Below are positions 47,501 to 59,500 of a stretch of DNA of 64,000 nucleotides, in pieces. The notes below the pieces were generated by a model. That model searched no databases. It was given only the letters and a program-made list of their open reading frames with translations, and was not told the origin of the DNA. Origin of the DNA: Calditrichales bacterium (GTDB lineage: Bacteria; Calditrichota; Calditrichia; Calditrichales; J004); assembly GCA_965267575.1 (NCBI GenBank), contig OZ254086.1:4096001-4160000 (forward strand), given 5' to 3'. The stretch's first letter is position 1, and each line of letters opens with the position of its first letter. The position numbers and the translations under genes are program-made.

Positions 47501-50500
47501 GCTTTTCCGTTGACGCCAAACGGCAAGCTGGACCGGCGCGCCTTACCTCAAGTCAACAAAGAAGAGATAAAAGGCAAAAAACGCTTTGTCTCGCCGCGCA
47601 ATGCTTTGGAGTCCTACCTGGCGGATATCTGGCGTGAGGTTCTCGACGTAAAAAAAATCAGCATGTATGATAATTTCTTTGACCTGGGCGGCAATTCACT
47701 TAAGGCAGCTGTATTAATCAACCGTTTGCAGGACAATGTAGACAAGCAACTGCATGTGGGCATGGTTTTCCAGGCGCCGCGTATTGCCGAGTTTTCCATG
47801 TACGCCCAGGAGTATTTCTCCGACGCTGTATTAAGAAAGCTGGGCCGGAAATTTTCAAATGATGAAAAAGACTTTTCTTACGCTAAAGAAATTTCCTCGG
47901 AAAAACGCATTTCAGACAAGGAGATCCGTGAATTCCGCCAAATTATAGAGCCGCTGAGCAAACGCTCTGTTCCGGTAAAGCGAAAGGATAAAAACAAGCC
48001 CGTTCTGTTTGTGCTTTCGCCTCCGCGCTCTGGCTCTACCCTGCTGCGCGTAATGCTGGCCGGCCATCCAGGGCTTTTTTCACCGCCGGAGCTGGATTTG
48101 CTTGGTTTTAATTCCATGCGTGAGCGGCACAATTTCTTTGTAAGCAAAAATCTGCCTCTTTGGTTGGAAGCAACGGTCCGTACAATTAAGGAAATCGAAG
48201 AGTGCACGACGGAAGAGGCGCAGCAGCGCGTACGCGAACTGGAAGAACGCGATATCAGCGTAAAAGACTTCTACCACCTGCTGCAGGAATCATTGGGTGA
48301 GCGTCTGCTGGTGGACAAAACGCCTTCCTATCCGCTGGATATGGCCACCCTGGAGCGGGCTGAAGAGGATTTTGAGAATCCAGTTTACATACATCTTGTA
48401 CGTCACCCCTACGCGATGATCTACTCGTTTATTGAAGCAAGGCTGGACAAAAACTTTTTTAAATACGCGCATAATTTTACCAGACAGCAACTGGCCGAAC
48501 TGATCTGGCTGGTGAGCAACGAAAATATTAACGCTTTCCTGGAGAATATCCCGCAGGAACGGAAATTACAACTGCGTTTTGAAGACCTTTTACAACAACC
48601 GGAAAAAGAGATTCGCCGCGTCACCAGGCTGCTCGATATCCCCTTTACCGAAGATATGCTCAAACCGTATCAGGGTCAGCGCATGACGGATGGTCTGAAA
48701 GACACATCGCAAATGGTTGGTGACTTTAAATTCTACCTGCACGATTCCATAAATACGCAGGTTGCCGAGCGCTGGCGCAGGTATCATAAAGAAGATTTTC
48801 TGTGCGAACACTCTTGCGAGATGGCCCGCTATTTCGGCTACCGAGCCGTTGATATGGGCAGTAAGCAGGAGGCCGCCGAAGCGCAAAAGATTGAACCGGT
48901 GGCCCGCCAGTCCTATATGCCGCTCTCCTTTGCCCAGCAGCGTCTTTGGTTTATCGATCAGCTGGAGCCGGGGAACACGCAGTACAACGTGCCCGGCGCG
49001 GTAAGGATCAGCGGGCCGGTCGATGCCGGGCTGCTTGAGAAAAGTATCAACCTGCTGATCGAAAAACATGAGATTTTACGCACCTCCTTTCATACGGTGG
49101 AAGGCGAAGCGCGGCAGCGCATCAGCAGCCATCCGGAGTTTAAGCAGGAACATTACGATTTCAGTGAGCTGACCACGGAGGCCGCAGAGAGAAAAGCACA
49201 AGATCTTGTGGCCACCATGTCACGCACCCATTTCCGGCTGGATACGCTACCGTTGTTCCGCATAGCCCTGATCCGGATAGATCGCAAAGACCATATTTTG
49301 GTGCTGGTAGCTCACCATATCATAACGGACGGCTGGTCCAATACGGTCTTTATTCGCCAGCTGACGCGCATTTACGAATCACTTAAGAAGGACGGCACAA
49401 GCCAGTTTGAAGCAGCACCCGTCCAGTACGCGGATGTGGCACAATGGCAACGGCGCTGGATTAAGAGTGATACAGCCGCCAACCAGTTATCATTCTGGAA
49501 AGAAGAACTGAAAGACGCCCCGCCGCTCCTGGAAATCCCCACGGACAGGCCGCGGCGCGCCGGTATAGCCAATGAAGGCCGGCGTTTCTATTTCGACGTT
49601 CCGCAGGAATTGACCGAAAAAATCCGTGCCTACTGCAGCCGTAACGGGGTAACGGCCTTCAGCGCTTTGATGAGCGCATTCCAGATCCTGATGCACCATT
49701 ACGCGCGGCAGGATGATGTTTTGATCGGGACGCCCGTGGCCGGACGCACCAAAAAAGAAATGGAAGGGTTGATCGGCCTTTTTGTAAATACGATCGTTGT
49801 ACGCACGCAGTTTGAAGAGCAGGACAGCTTCCGAAGCATTGTGGATCGTACCGCGGAAAAGATGAGCGCCTTGCTGGAAAACCAGGATTATCCGTTTGAA
49901 AAGATCCTTGATGCCCTTAACGTGGAGCGCAGTCTCGAACATAGTCCGCTTTTCCAGGTGATGTTCTCCATGCAAAGCGACGACATGCGTGAATTTGGCC
50001 AGACCTTTAAGGTACGCCCCTATCGCACGGACAGCGGCAGCGCCAAATTCGACCTGCTTCTTGAACTTTACGATGCCGATTCGTTCCGCGGCGCGCTGGA
50101 ATACAATACCACGCTGTTCAGGGAAGAATCAATCGAGAGATTATATCGCCATTTTCTGCGCCTGCTGGACATGGTAACGGCCGAGCCGGACAAACAGGTG
50201 AACGCGCTGCAACTGCCATCCGAAGAGGAGCAGCAACAGATTCTTACGGAATGGAATGATACGCAAACCGATTATCCGGCGGGCAAGCTCGTACCGAAGA
50301 TTATTTCAGAGCAGGCGGCAAAAGCAGCGCAGCACAACGCGCTTGTTTTTGAAGATAAACACCTGAGCTATGCGGAATTCGACAGAGCCGCGAACAGGCT
50401 GGCGCACTATCTGATCAGCAAGGGACTCAAAGCAGAGCAACGCGTGGCCGTTTGCATGGATCGTTCCATTGAGCTGGTTATTGCCCTGCACGGCATCATG

Positions 50501-53473
50501 CGCGCCGGCGGTGTCTACGTGCCGCTGGATCCTCAGCACCCGCAGGAACGCAGCGATTTTATGCTGGAAGACTCAGCTGCCCGTTTTATAATCTGCCAGG
50601 AGGCCTACAAACAAAAATTTGCTGCTTCAGGTATTGAAACAATCTCGTTTAAGCTGGAAGAGAATTCTTTTGCTACTATGCCGGACAGCTATCCGGATGC
50701 GCTGCGTGATCCCGACCAGCTGGCCTATATGATTTATACATCCGGTTCCACCGGCAAACCCAAGGGCACGCTGCTGCCCCATCGCGGCTTTCTAAACAGG
50801 CTGCAATGGATGCAGCAGGCTTATCCGCTCGGCAAGGAAGATGTCGTACTTCAGAAAACGCCCTTCAGCTTCGACGTGTCGGTGTGGGAATTTTTCTGGC
50901 CCTTTATGTATGGCGCCACGCTGGTTGTAGCCCGGCCCGAAGGTCACAAGGACACCGATTACCTGTGCGATATTATCCGTGAGCATAAGGTGACGACGAT
51001 GCACTTCGTCCCGCCGATGCTGAAAGTGTTTCTGGAAAATGTGCGGGCCGGCGAATGCAGCACCCTCAGGGATGTCATCTGTTCAGGCGAGGCGCTGCCT
51101 TACAGCCTTAGCCAGGCTTTTTACGAGACGTTGCCCACGGCCCGGTTGCACAATCTTTACGGCCCGACCGAAGCTTCCATTGATGTTAGCCATTACAGCT
51201 GTCCGCAAAGCCGCGAAGATGAAAAACTGCCCATCGGCCGACCCATCGCCAATACAACGCTTTACATTTTAAACGATCGCCTGAATCCGGTACCGGCGGG
51301 CGTTGCCGGTGAATTGCACATCGGCGGCTTGCAGCTGGCCCGCGGCTACGCCAATCGCCCTGCCCTTACCGCGGAAAAATTCATGCCCGATCCCTTTGCG
51401 GGGAAAAAGGGCGCCCGACTTTACAAAACCGGTGATCTGTGCCGTTACCTGGCCAATGGCGAGATCGAGTATATCGGACGCATAGACCACCAGGTAAAGG
51501 TGCGTGGTTTCCGCGTGGAGCTTGGCGAGATCGAATCGGCGCTTTCCCGGCATCCTTCCGTCGAAACATCAGTTGTCCTGGTGCGCGCCCTTGCCGGACA
51601 GGAAAACGCCTTATGCGCCTATGTTGTCAGCAATGATGAAAAGCCATCCCAGGCGGATTTACGCGATTTTCTGAAAAAACAATTGCCTGATTACATGATC
51701 CCGGCTGTTTGGATATTTATCGAAAAGATACCGTTGACCGCCAACGGTAAAGTGGACCGCCGTGCCCTGCCCGATCCGGAAAGCCTGGGACGTGACCGCC
51801 TTGAGACAAAATACGTTGCGCCCCGCAATGATAAAGAGCGTCTGCTGGCCGAAGTCTGGCAGGATATACTAAAGCTGAAAAAGGTCGGCATTAAGGACAA
51901 TTTCTTTGAACTGGGCGGCGACTCAATCGTCGGTATTCAGCTCATTTCAGCCGCCGCAAGGAATGGACTGTCATTTACGCCCAAAGAGCTGTTTGAGTAT
52001 CCCACGATTGAGGGTCTGGCCGCGGTAGCCCGCGAAGGCGTGGCCATACAGGCACAGCAGGAGACGCTGAGCGGCGAAGTGGCATTAACGCCTATCATGC
52101 GCTGGTTTGACGATCTTCCACTTAAGCAGCGTGACCATTGGAACCAGTCGCTGATGCTGAAGAGTACGACGCCGCTCAACCCGGCTTTCCTTGAAAAAGT
52201 GGCGATGGCGCTTTTTACCCATCATGATATGCTGCGTTTACGCTGGAAAAAAGACGGCGCTGAAATCACGAAGCCAACAGATAGCGCTATTTTCAAGTCT
52301 CATGATCTGAGAGAACTGGCTGCGGCAAAACAGCCTGCGGCCCTGAAAGAAAAAGTAGCAGACGCACAAAAAGGCCACAGCCTGGAAAAAGGCCATGTTT
52401 TCAGCATGCATTATTTTATGCTGGATGCCAGCCATGGCGACCGGCTTTTTATCACCGTACATCACGCGGCAATAGATGTGGTTTCCTGGCGCATCATCAT
52501 GGAAGATCTGCAGCTGGCTTACACGCAACTGGCCGAACAAAAAGAGATAAAGCTTCCGGCCAAGACGACATCTTTCCCCTATTGGTCACAGAGACTTCAG
52601 CGCCACGCACGGGAAAAAGAGTGGCAGGAAGAACTTAACTCCTGGCGCAAGCTGCTGGGAGACAGCCCGGCTGTTTTTGAAGCGGACAATCCCGGCGGTG
52701 AAAACATTCAGAAAAACGTTAAAAAGATTGAACTGACCCTGGATAAGGATGAAACAGCACAATTAACACGCGATGTGCCGGAGACATACAACACGAATGT
52801 ACAGGACAATCTGCTGGCCGCCTTGTTTGCGGGCTGGTCTGAAACAAGCGGACACGACAGCCTTCTGATTGATATGGAAGGTCACGGCCGCGAGGCGCTT
52901 TTTGAAGAAGTTGACCTGGGCCGAACAGTGGGCTGGTTTACGACGCTCTATCCGGTAAATCTCACAGCCACGCGCAACGACACGGGTGAAATGATAAAGG
53001 CAATCAAAGAAAATATGCGCGCCATACCTGACAACGGCATCGGCTGGGGGTTGATGCGTTATTTTGCACCGCAGAATATCCGCGACCAGATTGCCGACCT
53101 GCCCGCGGCAACCGTGCTGTTCAACTACCTTGGTCAATTCGATCAGGATGAAGCGCAGAAGCGCCAGTTTGAATCGCGGCCCGATGAAACGGGGGCCGAA
53201 ACCGGAGAGGAAAACAGGCGCACACATAACCTGGAGATAACCGCGCACATTCTGCAAGGCCGGCTTTCATTTACTTTTTACTATTGCCCGGATGTTGTGG
53301 ATGCGGGCCGGGTCGAGAAACTGGCCGGCGGCACCATCAACGGCCTGCGAGAAATCATCAAACACAGCCTGAGCGCGGAAGCAGGCGGCTATACACCATC
53401 CGATTTTAAGGAAGCCGGTCTCGACCAGGAAGATCTCGATGACGTCTTGTCCGAGCTGGATGACCTTGATTAA
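44564..53473 (+). CDS. NRPS: C-A(Val)-PCP-sulfotransferase-C-A(Ser)-PCP-E
   Basis: Codes DALWLGGTFK and DVWHISLIDK; ST SPPRSGSTLLRVML; PCP GGDS before E; E HHAAIDVVSW, EGHGRE, RTVGWFT; COM-type tail TPSDF. Confidence 0.93.
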   Translation: MSDISKKLEKLTPAQRELLLKKLQQKNKDSAVRKIEPREDKSVYPMSAGQNRLWFLQQMDAGSGFYNLPLAIRIIGKPDKQAFEKAINAVVQKHDILRAFYVTNKSGQPVQQVKNDAYVAMETSTVSASGAEEIAKEKEEILRKLASQPISLEKAPLLRAHLIEIRPDEHIFLLNMHHIISDGWSVGVMVQEIILNYKATAGNGSYENSSPRLQFADYADWLDKNEDKTKLDKQLQFWKEYLAEMPVLLELPTDRPRPAIPHFRGKHVVFDISSGTTKRLREISRENNISLFMLMLAAFQTFLYRISGQKDFGVGAPVANRNRPELQEMVGFLVNTVTVRSRFEAPVSFLELARRVKNELLEATSNQDIPFERIVEALVPERDLSHSPLFQVMFDLQKPPFEHFKLDGLSLHLEDLPIDVAKFDLMLLGSELENNIRCNLEYSTDIFDDQTAHNFARYFEHMLNELAANPSAAVQECSLIDDRQQEHVLEKLARTATDYPGGTPVHKLFEQIAATNPDKTALQENGKTLTYGQLNESANRLAHYLRKRGAEPEKMVALFAEKSIETVIAILGILKSGSAYLPLDTSYPSERIAFMLDDCDTDLIITVSSLKQNLPESAGNIFLLDDDWPLLEKESTDNPDVAVAGDNVAYVMYTSGSTGIPKGVSVRHKSIVRLVKNSNYARMDEHQVFLLLAPVSFDASTLELWGSLLNGAKLVILPVAKPSFAQIAETIEKGKISILWLTAGLFHYMVEEYPDALAQVKQLLAGGDVLSPEHVKKMLALGGDQTLINGYGPTENTTFTCCHPMEKDAAVNHTVPIGKPIANTSVFILDENFRVCPQGVPGELFIGGDGLARGYLNRPSLTAERFVPNPHGPQGSRMYSTGDLVKLNAKGVIEFLGRLDTQVKIRGFRIEPGEIESTLKQHPSISDAVVIVREDKPGDKQLVAYLIADGDKEHFEQLAAWLAEKMPSYMVPSHFSYLEAFPLTPNGKLDRRALPQVNKEEIKGKKRFVSPRNALESYLADIWREVLDVKKISMYDNFFDLGGNSLKAAVLINRLQDNVDKQLHVGMVFQAPRIAEFSMYAQEYFSDAVLRKLGRKFSNDEKDFSYAKEISSEKRISDKEIREFRQIIEPLSKRSVPVKRKDKNKPVLFVLSPPRSGSTLLRVMLAGHPGLFSPPELDLLGFNSMRERHNFFVSKNLPLWLEATVRTIKEIEECTTEEAQQRVRELEERDISVKDFYHLLQESLGERLLVDKTPSYPLDMATLERAEEDFENPVYIHLVRHPYAMIYSFIEARLDKNFFKYAHNFTRQQLAELIWLVSNENINAFLENIPQERKLQLRFEDLLQQPEKEIRRVTRLLDIPFTEDMLKPYQGQRMTDGLKDTSQMVGDFKFYLHDSINTQVAERWRRYHKEDFLCEHSCEMARYFGYRAVDMGSKQEAAEAQKIEPVARQSYMPLSFAQQRLWFIDQLEPGNTQYNVPGAVRISGPVDAGLLEKSINLLIEKHEILRTSFHTVEGEARQRISSHPEFKQEHYDFSELTTEAAERKAQDLVATMSRTHFRLDTLPLFRIALIRIDRKDHILVLVAHHIITDGWSNTVFIRQLTRIYESLKKDGTSQFEAAPVQYADVAQWQRRWIKSDTAANQLSFWKEELKDAPPLLEIPTDRPRRAGIANEGRRFYFDVPQELTEKIRAYCSRNGVTAFSALMSAFQILMHHYARQDDVLIGTPVAGRTKKEMEGLIGLFVNTIVVRTQFEEQDSFRSIVDRTAEKMSALLENQDYPFEKILDALNVERSLEHSPLFQVMFSMQSDDMREFGQTFKVRPYRTDSGSAKFDLLLELYDADSFRGALEYNTTLFREESIERLYRHFLRLLDMVTAEPDKQVNALQLPSEEEQQQILTEWNDTQTDYPAGKLVPKIISEQAAKAAQHNALVFEDKHLSYAEFDRAANRLAHYLISKGLKAEQRVAVCMDRSIELVIALHGIMRAGGVYVPLDPQHPQERSDFMLEDSAARFIICQEAYKQKFAASGIETISFKLEENSFATMPDSYPDALRDPDQLAYMIYTSGSTGKPKGTLLPHRGFLNRLQWMQQAYPLGKEDVVLQKTPFSFDVSVWEFFWPFMYGATLVVARPEGHKDTDYLCDIIREHKVTTMHFVPPMLKVFLENVRAGECSTLRDVICSGEALPYSLSQAFYETLPTARLHNLYGPTEASIDVSHYSCPQSREDEKLPIGRPIANTTLYILNDRLNPVPAGVAGELHIGGLQLARGYANRPALTAEKFMPDPFAGKKGARLYKTGDLCRYLANGEIEYIGRIDHQVKVRGFRVELGEIESALSRHPSVETSVVLVRALAGQENALCAYVVSNDEKPSQADLRDFLKKQLPDYMIPAVWIFIEKIPLTANGKVDRRALPDPESLGRDRLETKYVAPRNDKERLLAEVWQDILKLKKVGIKDNFFELGGDSIVGIQLISAAARNGLSFTPKELFEYPTIEGLAAVAREGVAIQAQQETLSGEVALTPIMRWFDDLPLKQRDHWNQSLMLKSTTPLNPAFLEKVAMALFTHHDMLRLRWKKDGAEITKPTDSAIFKSHDLRELAAAKQPAALKEKVADAQKGHSLEKGHVFSMHYFMLDASHGDRLFITVHHAAIDVVSWRIIMEDLQLAYTQLAEQKEIKLPAKTTSFPYWSQRLQRHAREKEWQEELNSWRKLLGDSPAVFEADNPGGENIQKNVKKIELTLDKDETAQLTRDVPETYNTNVQDNLLAALFAGWSETSGHDSLLIDMEGHGREALFEEVDLGRTVGWFTTLYPVNLTATRNDTGEMIKAIKENMRAIPDNGIGWGLMRYFAPQNIRDQIADLPAATVLFNYLGQFDQDEAQKRQFESRPDETGAETGEENRRTHNLEITAHILQGRLSFTFYYCPDVVDAGRVEKLAGGTINGLREIIKHSLSAEAGGYTPSDFKEAGLDQEDLDDVLSELDDLD
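47990..48845 (+). other. Embedded PAPS-dependent sulfotransferase domain (approximate bounds)
   Basis: 5'-PSB loop PRSGSTLL, FSPPEL, LVDKTPSY, 3'-PB LVRHPYAMIYSF, RFEDL. Confidence 0.88.
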
Positions 53474-53519
53474 GGAACATTATTATTAATTTTAAAAAAA
53501 GCTATCAACGAAATCATAT

Positions 53520-56500
53520 ATGAGCACAAAAGCAGCAGCAAGAAAAAACGTAGAGGACATTTATCCGCTTTCGCCGATGCAGCAGGGCATGCTGTTTCAT
53601 TCCATTCTGGAGCCGGATTCGGCGACCTATCATGAGCAGCTTTACTTTGTCCTGAATGGCGAGCTGGACCAATCGGCCTTTAAAAAGGCGCTGAACGCTC
53701 TTGTGGATCGTCACCCGGTTTTGCGTACGGCCATGGTTTACAAAAAACGCGACAAAATGCTGCAGGTTGTGCATCGCGAACTGAAATTTCCGCTGCATGC
53801 GCTGGATTGGCGTGACAAGAGCGAAAGCGATCGCCGCACTGCATTTAAACAGCTTTTGCAAAGCGACCGGCAGGAAGGATTCAATCTTTCCAAAGCGCCG
53901 CTGGCCCGGATGACCTTGATACGATACGACGAAGACAGATGGCAGGTATTGTGGAGCAACCACCACGTGATTCTGGACGGCTGGTCCAACCCGATCCTGA
54001 TGGCCGAATTGTTTGCGCTGTATGAAGCTCAGCGCACAGACGCCGATTTTGCCCTGCCGCCGGCGCGACCCTACCGCGAATATATTGCCTGGCTCAACAA
54101 GCAGGAACCGCAAAAAGCCGCTTCCTTCTGGAAGAATACGCTGCAGGACTTTGCTGAACCGACCTCCGTGCCCGCGGACTCACCCGCAGGCAAAGCCGGC
54201 GAAGGTGAACAGGCATGCGACACGGTTGAGATAAAACTGAACCCCGATATAAACAAAAAACTCAAGACGCTGGCACAGCAAAATCACCTGACCATTAATA
54301 CCCTGGTGCAGGGAGCGTGGGCGTTGCTGCTGGCGCAATACAGCCGTAGCAATGATGTGGTTTTCGGGGCCACGGTTTCAGGACGTCCGCCGGAAATCCC
54401 CGGTGTTGAAAGCATGGTTGGCCTGTTTATAAACACGCTGCCGTTACGCGTTAAGATATCACCCAAGGAAAAGGTTGCTTCGTGGCTTAAGAGAATTCAG
54501 CAGCAATCTGTGGCCATACGCGATTTTGAATACAGCTCATTGGCCGACGTGCAGCGTCAAAGCGGTATTGACGCCGGGCAGGCTTTGTTTGATTCCATTG
54601 TAGTCTTTGAGAATTTCCCTGTTGACCAATCGCTGAAAGAGGCCAAAACAAGCATCCGCATTTCCGATTTTGATTCTTACGAGCAAACCAATTTTCCGCT
54701 GGTGCTGGTAGCGTCTTCTCAGGATGAGACGCTGCTGGAACTGACCTATCGCCGTGATATGTATCGTCAATCCGGGGCGCGGCGAATTCTGGAGCAGGTA
54801 AACACACTGCTTGAAAAATTCGCTGATAACCCTGGAGCCCGGCTCGCGGAAATTAACCTTCTGCGTGATGCAGAACGTTCACTTCTACTGGAAGAATACA
54901 ATGCCACCCGGCCTGCTCACCCGCTGGCCCAAAAGGATGCCAAAACTCTTATTGAAAATGCCGCACAAAAATACGCCGAAGAAACCGCGGTCATTTTTGA
55001 TGGCGGTTCGCAAAAACTTAGCTATGACCAACTGAACCGTCAGGCCAACCGTCTGGCGCATTTTCTCATCCAGAACGGCGTTGGGCCGGAAAGCCGCGTG
55101 GGCCTTATACTGCGGCGCGGGCCACAGATGATCAGCACCATCTGGGCCGTGATAAAATCGGGCGCCGCGTATGTGCCGCTGGATGCCGGCTATCCCGCGG
55201 AGCGCCTGCACTACATCGCCGGGGATGCCGGCATGACGATGCTGCTGCGTGATAACAGCGAAGACACGTCCATCCTTGATAAGGCAATCGCGCAAATTAT
55301 TGATGTGACCAGCCTTGCCATGGAAGATCTGCCAGAAACTAACCCGCAAATTTCGATATTACCGCAACAGCTTGTCTATATGATCTATACTTCCGGCTCA
55401 ACGGGGCGGCCCAAAGGCACGCTTATAACCCACGGCGGATTGCTGCATTACCTGAGCTGGACAAAACAGGCTTACCCGCTTGATCAGGGCTGCGGCTCGC
55501 TGCTGCATTCCACGATCTCTTTTGATGCCACGGTGACCGCCCTGTTTGCACCGTTGCTGACGGGAAAAGCTATTACGCTGGCCGACCATGGCGATGACCT
55601 TGAGGCTTTGTCCAAAGCTTTGCTGCGCCAAAAAGATTTTAGTTTGGTGAAGATCACCCCGGCGCACATGGAAATGCTCAGTCATCAGATTCCCGCGGAC
55701 AAGGCGGCAGGCCTCAGCAAAGCGTTTGTGATCGGCGGTGAAAATCTTACGGCCCGGCAGATAGAATTCTGGCAAAAATACGCGCCGGGCATGCATCTAT
55801 TTAATGAATACGGGCCGACCGAAACCGTGGTTGGCTGCGTGGTTTATGATGCCGCCAGATGGCAGGGGCGCGGTTCGGTACCTATTGGCCGAGCTATCCC
55901 TAACAGCCCGGTATACGTTTTGGATGAACAGCTGCAGCCGGTGGCGCATGGTGTCCCGGGAGAACTTTATATTTCCGGTAATGGCGTTGCCCGGGGTTAT
56001 CACCGGCGCCCGGCTCTTACTGCCGAACGCTTTCTACCCGACCCGTTCTCCAAAAGCGCGGGCGCAAGAATTTACCGCAGCGGCGACCTGGTGCGCTGGC
56101 AGGATGACGGTCAGCTGATTTTTCTGGGCCGAATAGACGATCAGGTCAAAATCAGGGGATACAGGATTGAAACCGGTGAGATCGAATCGATTCTCGGTGA
56201 AATGGAAGGTATTGAAACGTGCGCTGTGGTTGCCAGGACCAACAAAGCCGGTGACGCCTACCTGGCCGCCTATTATATCTCCCGCAATGACAAACAAGAA
56301 CAAACGCTGCGTGATGAACTGAAAAAGGCATTGCCCGATTACATGATCCCTGCTGTTTTTGTCAGCATAGATGCCATTCCGCTGACCGCCAACGGTAAAG
56401 TAGACCGCCGTGCGTTACCGCTCCCGCAGATGGAGGGAAAAACAAAAGCTTATGTGGCACCGCGCAACGCCGCGGAAGAGCTGCTGGCTACCATCTGGCA

Positions 56501-59500
56501 GGAAATACTGGGCATCGGTCGCATCGGAATACATGATAATTTCTTTGAGCTTGGCGGACACTCGCTGACAGCGACGCGCCTGATCTCGCGTATCCGGCAA
56601 TCGTTTGAAGTGGAACTGCCGCTGAAAGATGTATTTGATGCATCGACGATCGCGCAGCTCGCCGAAATAGTTGAACGTTTGCGCAGCAGCGGGAAATCAA
56701 CACTGCCGCCCATTGAGCCTATCAGTCGGGAAGGCGATATTCCGGTCTCGCTGCCGCAGCAGAGATTGTGGTTTATCGATCAGTTTTCACCCGGCAATTT
56801 TGCTTATAACATACCATTTGCCGTAAAAATCGACGGTGAGCTGGACAAGGAGGTCCTGGAAGAGTCTTTTCAACGGGTAATTCAAAGGCATGAAATTTTG
56901 CGCACACGTTTTGTTAACCGCAAAGGTGAACCTTTCCAGGAGATTGAAGATAATCTCGATATTAACCTCTCGCTGAAAGACCTTTCGGAAAACCAGCCTG
57001 ACAAGCGCGATGAGCTGGTGAAGAATATTTTGCGCGAAGACGCGCGACACACGTTTTCGCTTGAACAACTCCCTTTGTTCAAAGTGCGATTGATCCGCCT
57101 GGAGAAAAATGCTCACATTCTGAGTGCCGTCATGCACCATATTATCAGCGACGGCTGGTCTATGAACGTACTGGTGCACGAATTAATGGCGCAGTACAGC
57201 GCAATAAAAAAAGAAGAATCAGCGCGGTTGCCAGCCCTGCCCATCCAGTATGCCGATTATGCGGCCTGGCAGCGCAGCCGGCTTCAGGGCGAAGTTCTTG
57301 AAAAGCAGCTGGATTATTGGAAAGCTCATATCGGTCTCAATCCCCCGGTTCTGGAATTGCAGGCAGATTATCCGCGGCCGGCCGTACAAACCTTCAACGG
57401 CCGTAACGTTGATTTTGAACTTGACGCAACATTAACGAACGCCATCAATGCCTATTGCCGCAAAGAGGGCGTCACGCTGTTTATGCTGTTGCTGGCGGCC
57501 TGGCAATCCCTGCTGCGGCGATACAGCGGTCAGGAGCAAGTGCTGGTCGGTTCTCCGGTATCCGGCAGGCAACACGGGCAAACCGAAGAGTTAATCGGCT
57601 TTTTTGTGAACACGATATTACTTAGGGCAGATTTTTCCGAAAAACCTGTTTTTAAGCAATTACTGCGGCAGGTGCGCGATAATGTGCTGAATGCATACGC
57701 CCACCAGGATATACCGTTTGAACAGCTTGTTGATCTGCTGCAGCCGGAGCGTGATATGGCCCATCCGCCACTGTTCCAGGCTGCTTTCATTTTACAAAAC
57801 CGGCCGCAGGCCCTTGCCGAAACAGCCGGGCTGACGTTTTCGCCGGTTGAACCGGACAGCGCCGTGGCCAAGGTTGACATCAGTCTCTATTGCGCGGAAA
57901 GCGACGATCGTATTCTGGCCCGGCTGGAATACAATGCCGACATTTTCAGGGCTGAGACAATCGAGCGAATGCGCGATCACTTGCTTAATTTCCTGCGCTC
58001 AGCCCTGCAAAAACCTGACCTGCCGGTAAGCCGAATCAACATGCTGCCGGACGATGAGCGGCGCCTGTTGCTGCAAGAATGGAATGACACGCAAAGCGCT
58101 TTTGATGCCGGACAGACCGTGCCGGGACGTTTTGAGCAGTGGGTGGAAAAACAGCCTCAGCACCCCGCCCTTTCATTTAAAGGGGTCGATCGTTCTTACG
58201 CCGAAGTGAACGGAAATGCCAATCGCCTGGCCCATTATCTGCGGGAAGCGGGCGTCGGGCCCGAAAGCATCGTCGGCATTTGCATGGAACGCTCCTTTGA
58301 GATGGTCGAAGCAATGCTGGCCATTCTCAAGGCCGGTGGCGCGTACCTGCCGCTGGACCCGGGTTACCCCGATGAGCGCCTGCACTATATGATCGAAGAC
58401 TCGGGCGCGCAGGCGGTCGTCACGCAAAACGAACTTGCGGGGCGGCTGGAAAAGAGCGGATGCAAAATAGTGATAGCCGACTCTTCACAGATGCATTCTT
58501 ATAGCAAAGATAACCCGGAGCGTCTGAACGGGCCGTACAACCTGGCTTACCTGATCTACACCAGCGGCTCCACAGGCAAGCCCAAGGGCACCATGCTGGC
58601 ACAGCGCGGGGCCATCAACCTGGCCGGTGAGCAGAAAAAAGCATTTTCGATCGAACCGCATTCGCGTATCCTGCAATTTGCCTCACTCAGTTTTGACGCG
58701 GCCACCTGGGAAATGCTGATGGCCCTGATGAACTGCGCCACGCTGCACCTGGTGGAACGCGATGTGCTGGCCTCAGGTGATCAATTAGTGAATACCCTCG
58801 CCGACCAGAAGATCACAACGATCACGCTGCCGCCCTCCGTATTGGCGGTGTGGCCGGAAGATGCCCGGTTACCCGACTTAAAAACGATCATTACCGCCGG
58901 TGAAAAATGTCCCGCCGAGCTGGTCAAAAGGTGGCAGCCCGGCCGCCAGTTTGTCAACGCCTACGGACCGACTGAAACAACCGTTTGCGCGTCGATCTAC
59001 GAAACCTCGGCGCAGGAAGAAAACGATCCGCCGATTGGTAAAAACCTTGGCAATTTTGAGCTGTACGTGCTGGACGGCAACCTGGAACTTTTGCCTATCG
59101 GCGTACCGGGTGAATTATGTGTTGGCGGCGTCGGCCTGGCCCGCGGTTACCTCAAACGCCCTGCGCTGACTGCGGAGAAATTCATTCCGCATCCTTTTAG
59201 CAAGAACCACGGTGAACGGCTTTACCGCACGGGCGACCTGGTGCGGCGCCTGGCCGACGGCAATATCGAATTTCTGGGGCGCATCGACCAGCAGGTGAAG
59301 CTGCGCGGTTTCCGCATTGAGCTGGGCGAAATTGAAAACGCCATCCGCGACAAGCTACCGCAGACAAAAGATGTGCTTGTGATGGTGCGCGGCGAAAAAG
59401 AAAGCGAGAAAAAGCTTACGGCCTACATCGTTGCCGGGAATGAACTGGACGTGCCCGCCCTGCGATCGGACCTTGGGAAGGTTTTGCCGGATTATATGAT

